The notes beneath the pieces were generated by a model. That model did no database searches and was not told where the DNA came from. It saw only the letters and a list, made by a program, of their open reading frames with translations. A stretch of DNA of 63,997 nucleotides, filler included, from Catajapyx aquilonaris (Eukaryota), in assembly GCA_000934665.2 (NCBI GenBank). It is 4 parts of 4 records of this genome, joined end to end, with 100 filler letters (N's around TTAATTAATTAA, not from the genome) between each part and the next. Parts side by side here need not be neighbours in the genome. Positions count along the whole stretch, not along the records: positions 48,188 to 63,997 come from JYFJ02007382.1; 3 more parts are not named here. The stretch is one strand, 5' to 3'. Every line of letters starts with the position of its first letter. The first letter of the stretch is position 1. Of this stretch, positions 62,076 to 63,997 are shown one piece after another. A program made the translations under genes and the position numbers.

Positions 62076-62578
62076 CGTGGACCACTGGGATTCTAACAAT
62101 GACCAAATAACTTCTGCACGTTTACAGGTTGATCTCCTGTGTGCCCTTGACAGTGTCGATATCTGTTGCTGGCTGACAGACTCTTGGAAAATGAGTTGGC
62201 GATAAGGTGGTTGCAGGTATTGCTGAGACGTTGATAGATGATTTTCTTCATTATCTGAGTAAGGTGGCGTACATGCTAAATACACAAACAATACATTTCG
62301 CCAAAAGCAATGACGCCATCAGTTTCAAGTGCAACTGCTCTTGAACATATGGCGAAATGCGCTTATCTCCAGTTAGTGTCTATCATATAGCTTATCTCAT
62401 GGAGCCCTCTTGATTAGCAAAGTGCCCATAGATGCAGCATTCTGGGCTCGATTCAGGTGCAAACTTGGCGGAAAACGAGGTGCAGATGCGCGCACACCTG
62501 ATTGGGCGTGTACGGCATAACTTCCGGGAGGGCGTCGAGCGCTACAAGAGCAGTCGCCTGACACACTTATGGCAATGA

Positions 62579-62651
62579 GACCGTGTGGCCTAATGGATAA
62601 GGCGTCGGACTTCGGATCCGAAGATTGCAGGTTCGAGTCCTGTCACGGTCG
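62579..62651 (+). tRNA. tRNA-Arg (anticodon UCG)
   Basis: GACCGTG acceptor stem pairs with CACGGTC. Anticodon arm TCGGA-CTTCGGA-TCCGA. T-loop GGTTCGAGTCC. Pol III terminator TTTTT at 62661. Confidence 0.98.
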
Positions 62652-63997
62652 AACATTTCCTTTTTCACTTGCCCTCTTCCTCCGTGTCACCATCCACGTC
62701 CTGGTCATCAGATGTATGCAATGTTGTGTCATATTTATCACGCGACATATAGAGTTTAATTGTGATTAACCCCTCATGGGACCAGTTCGGTTGCGTGTAA
62801 GTGTGCATCATGGAACAGTAAAATGTGATTATATTTATTCAAAATTAGGGGCATGCAAATATAAATTAAATTTTATGCGCATTTTATTGTATTGATTAAA
62901 TGCTTGCGGCTCAATATTGTGCGGTCTCGTACTAGGTGGATAGATGGCGGCTGAATCCAAACACCAGCCAGCATCTGCTGAGTGTCCAACTGCAACCAAC
63001 AGATGGCAACATGGTGTTCTCCACGAGAGGCCGCCAGAATCGCCCGCATATTGCAAAAATTGGTTTAAAAATCGCACTATTAGTAGTAACCGTCATAGAT
63101 AAATTCCAGCACACTACACCCACCAATTTCACTCGTACTTTAAACGGAGCTCGCACTCCCGCATTTTTCACGCGCAATTGTTGAACTTATTACATGTTTC
63201 CAACAGCACAACCATTACGAACGAGCGTGACGAAATGGTCAAGCCCCTGTCGATTTTTAACCCCCATCCGTCTGCGGCTCCATCCATCCATCCATCTACT
63301 CGACATACGACGCACCCATATATATCCCCCTCTCACACCCCCCTCCCTATACCGGAATGCCCTTTGTTCCATAATAATTATTCCCGCGAGCGGCGGAAAA
63401 GGGTTAAAGCATGGGCCCCGTTCCCACTTTGCCGATGAGCAGACCCTCTGCCGCATTTTAATTGGAAAAGTTTGGTGCGTTTTTTAGCCTATAGCACACA
63501 CATACACATACAAACTTCCATGAAATTTTTTTTTGGGGCAGGTGCGTCGGTTCGTTGCTTGATACGTCCAATGGTCTCTTCACGCACGATCACACACTGG
63601 GCTTTGATGGATTATATGTACAATAGGGATGTTACTAGTGCAAGAGTAACATGGTTGCGGGCTTATCGATTCGGTGTACAAAAAGTGCGTAACCTGAGCT
63701 CAAATCCGGCAATTAAAGAGTTGCATCGATCAAGGTTGACGTCGGTTGACGGAGAGTCGTGCTATCTCTTCATCGCAGGATTCATCCTATCGCATCGCAT
63801 CCACGTGCCGCAAACCAACTCAATTAGCGGGGACTTCCCCCGCTATCCTCTTCTCACTAGGGTGATAAATATTGCACTTGTAATCCCCTCCAGTCATTAT
63901 GCAAGATGTATAAACAGGGTATGGTGGCCAGACTTCATCGATACGGTAGAATGCTGAAGTGGGTCCAGCCACTGGCGGCGCCACTGGTGCGATCGGG

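Noticed and set aside
63472..63957. 161-aa ORF at the window end
   Set aside because: No recognisable domain, a non-ATG start, and overlap with a degenerate SINE-like stretch.

Overview
Eukaryotic, arthropod/insect-like genomic DNA with spliced genes, tRNA-derived SINEs and MITEs. The window is four pieces of about 16 kb joined by identical artificial 100-bp spacers (44 N + TTAATTAATTAA + 44 N), so adjacency across the spacers is probably not biological. Piece 1 (1-15939) holds an ankyrin/42-aa-TPR gene cluster, a spliced Pro-rich gene with two UIM-like motifs, a tandem duplication of two BTB-C2H2 zinc-finger genes whose differences cluster in the recognition helices, and the start of a divergent zinc-finger gene. 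Piece 2 (16040-32052) is non-coding and repeat-rich. Piece 3 (32153-48087) holds a decayed Ty3/Gypsy element with a nested foldback MITE and a SINE, plus several other MITEs and a Tc4/Tc5-like remnant. Piece 4 (48188-63997) holds three tandem JHE-like (GQSAG) carboxylesterase genes and tRNA-Arg(UCG). The best candidates for something new are the ANK+TPR modular cluster, the diversifying BTB-ZF pair and the putatively membrane-tethered, furin-cleavable esterase. All were read by eye, without database searches.
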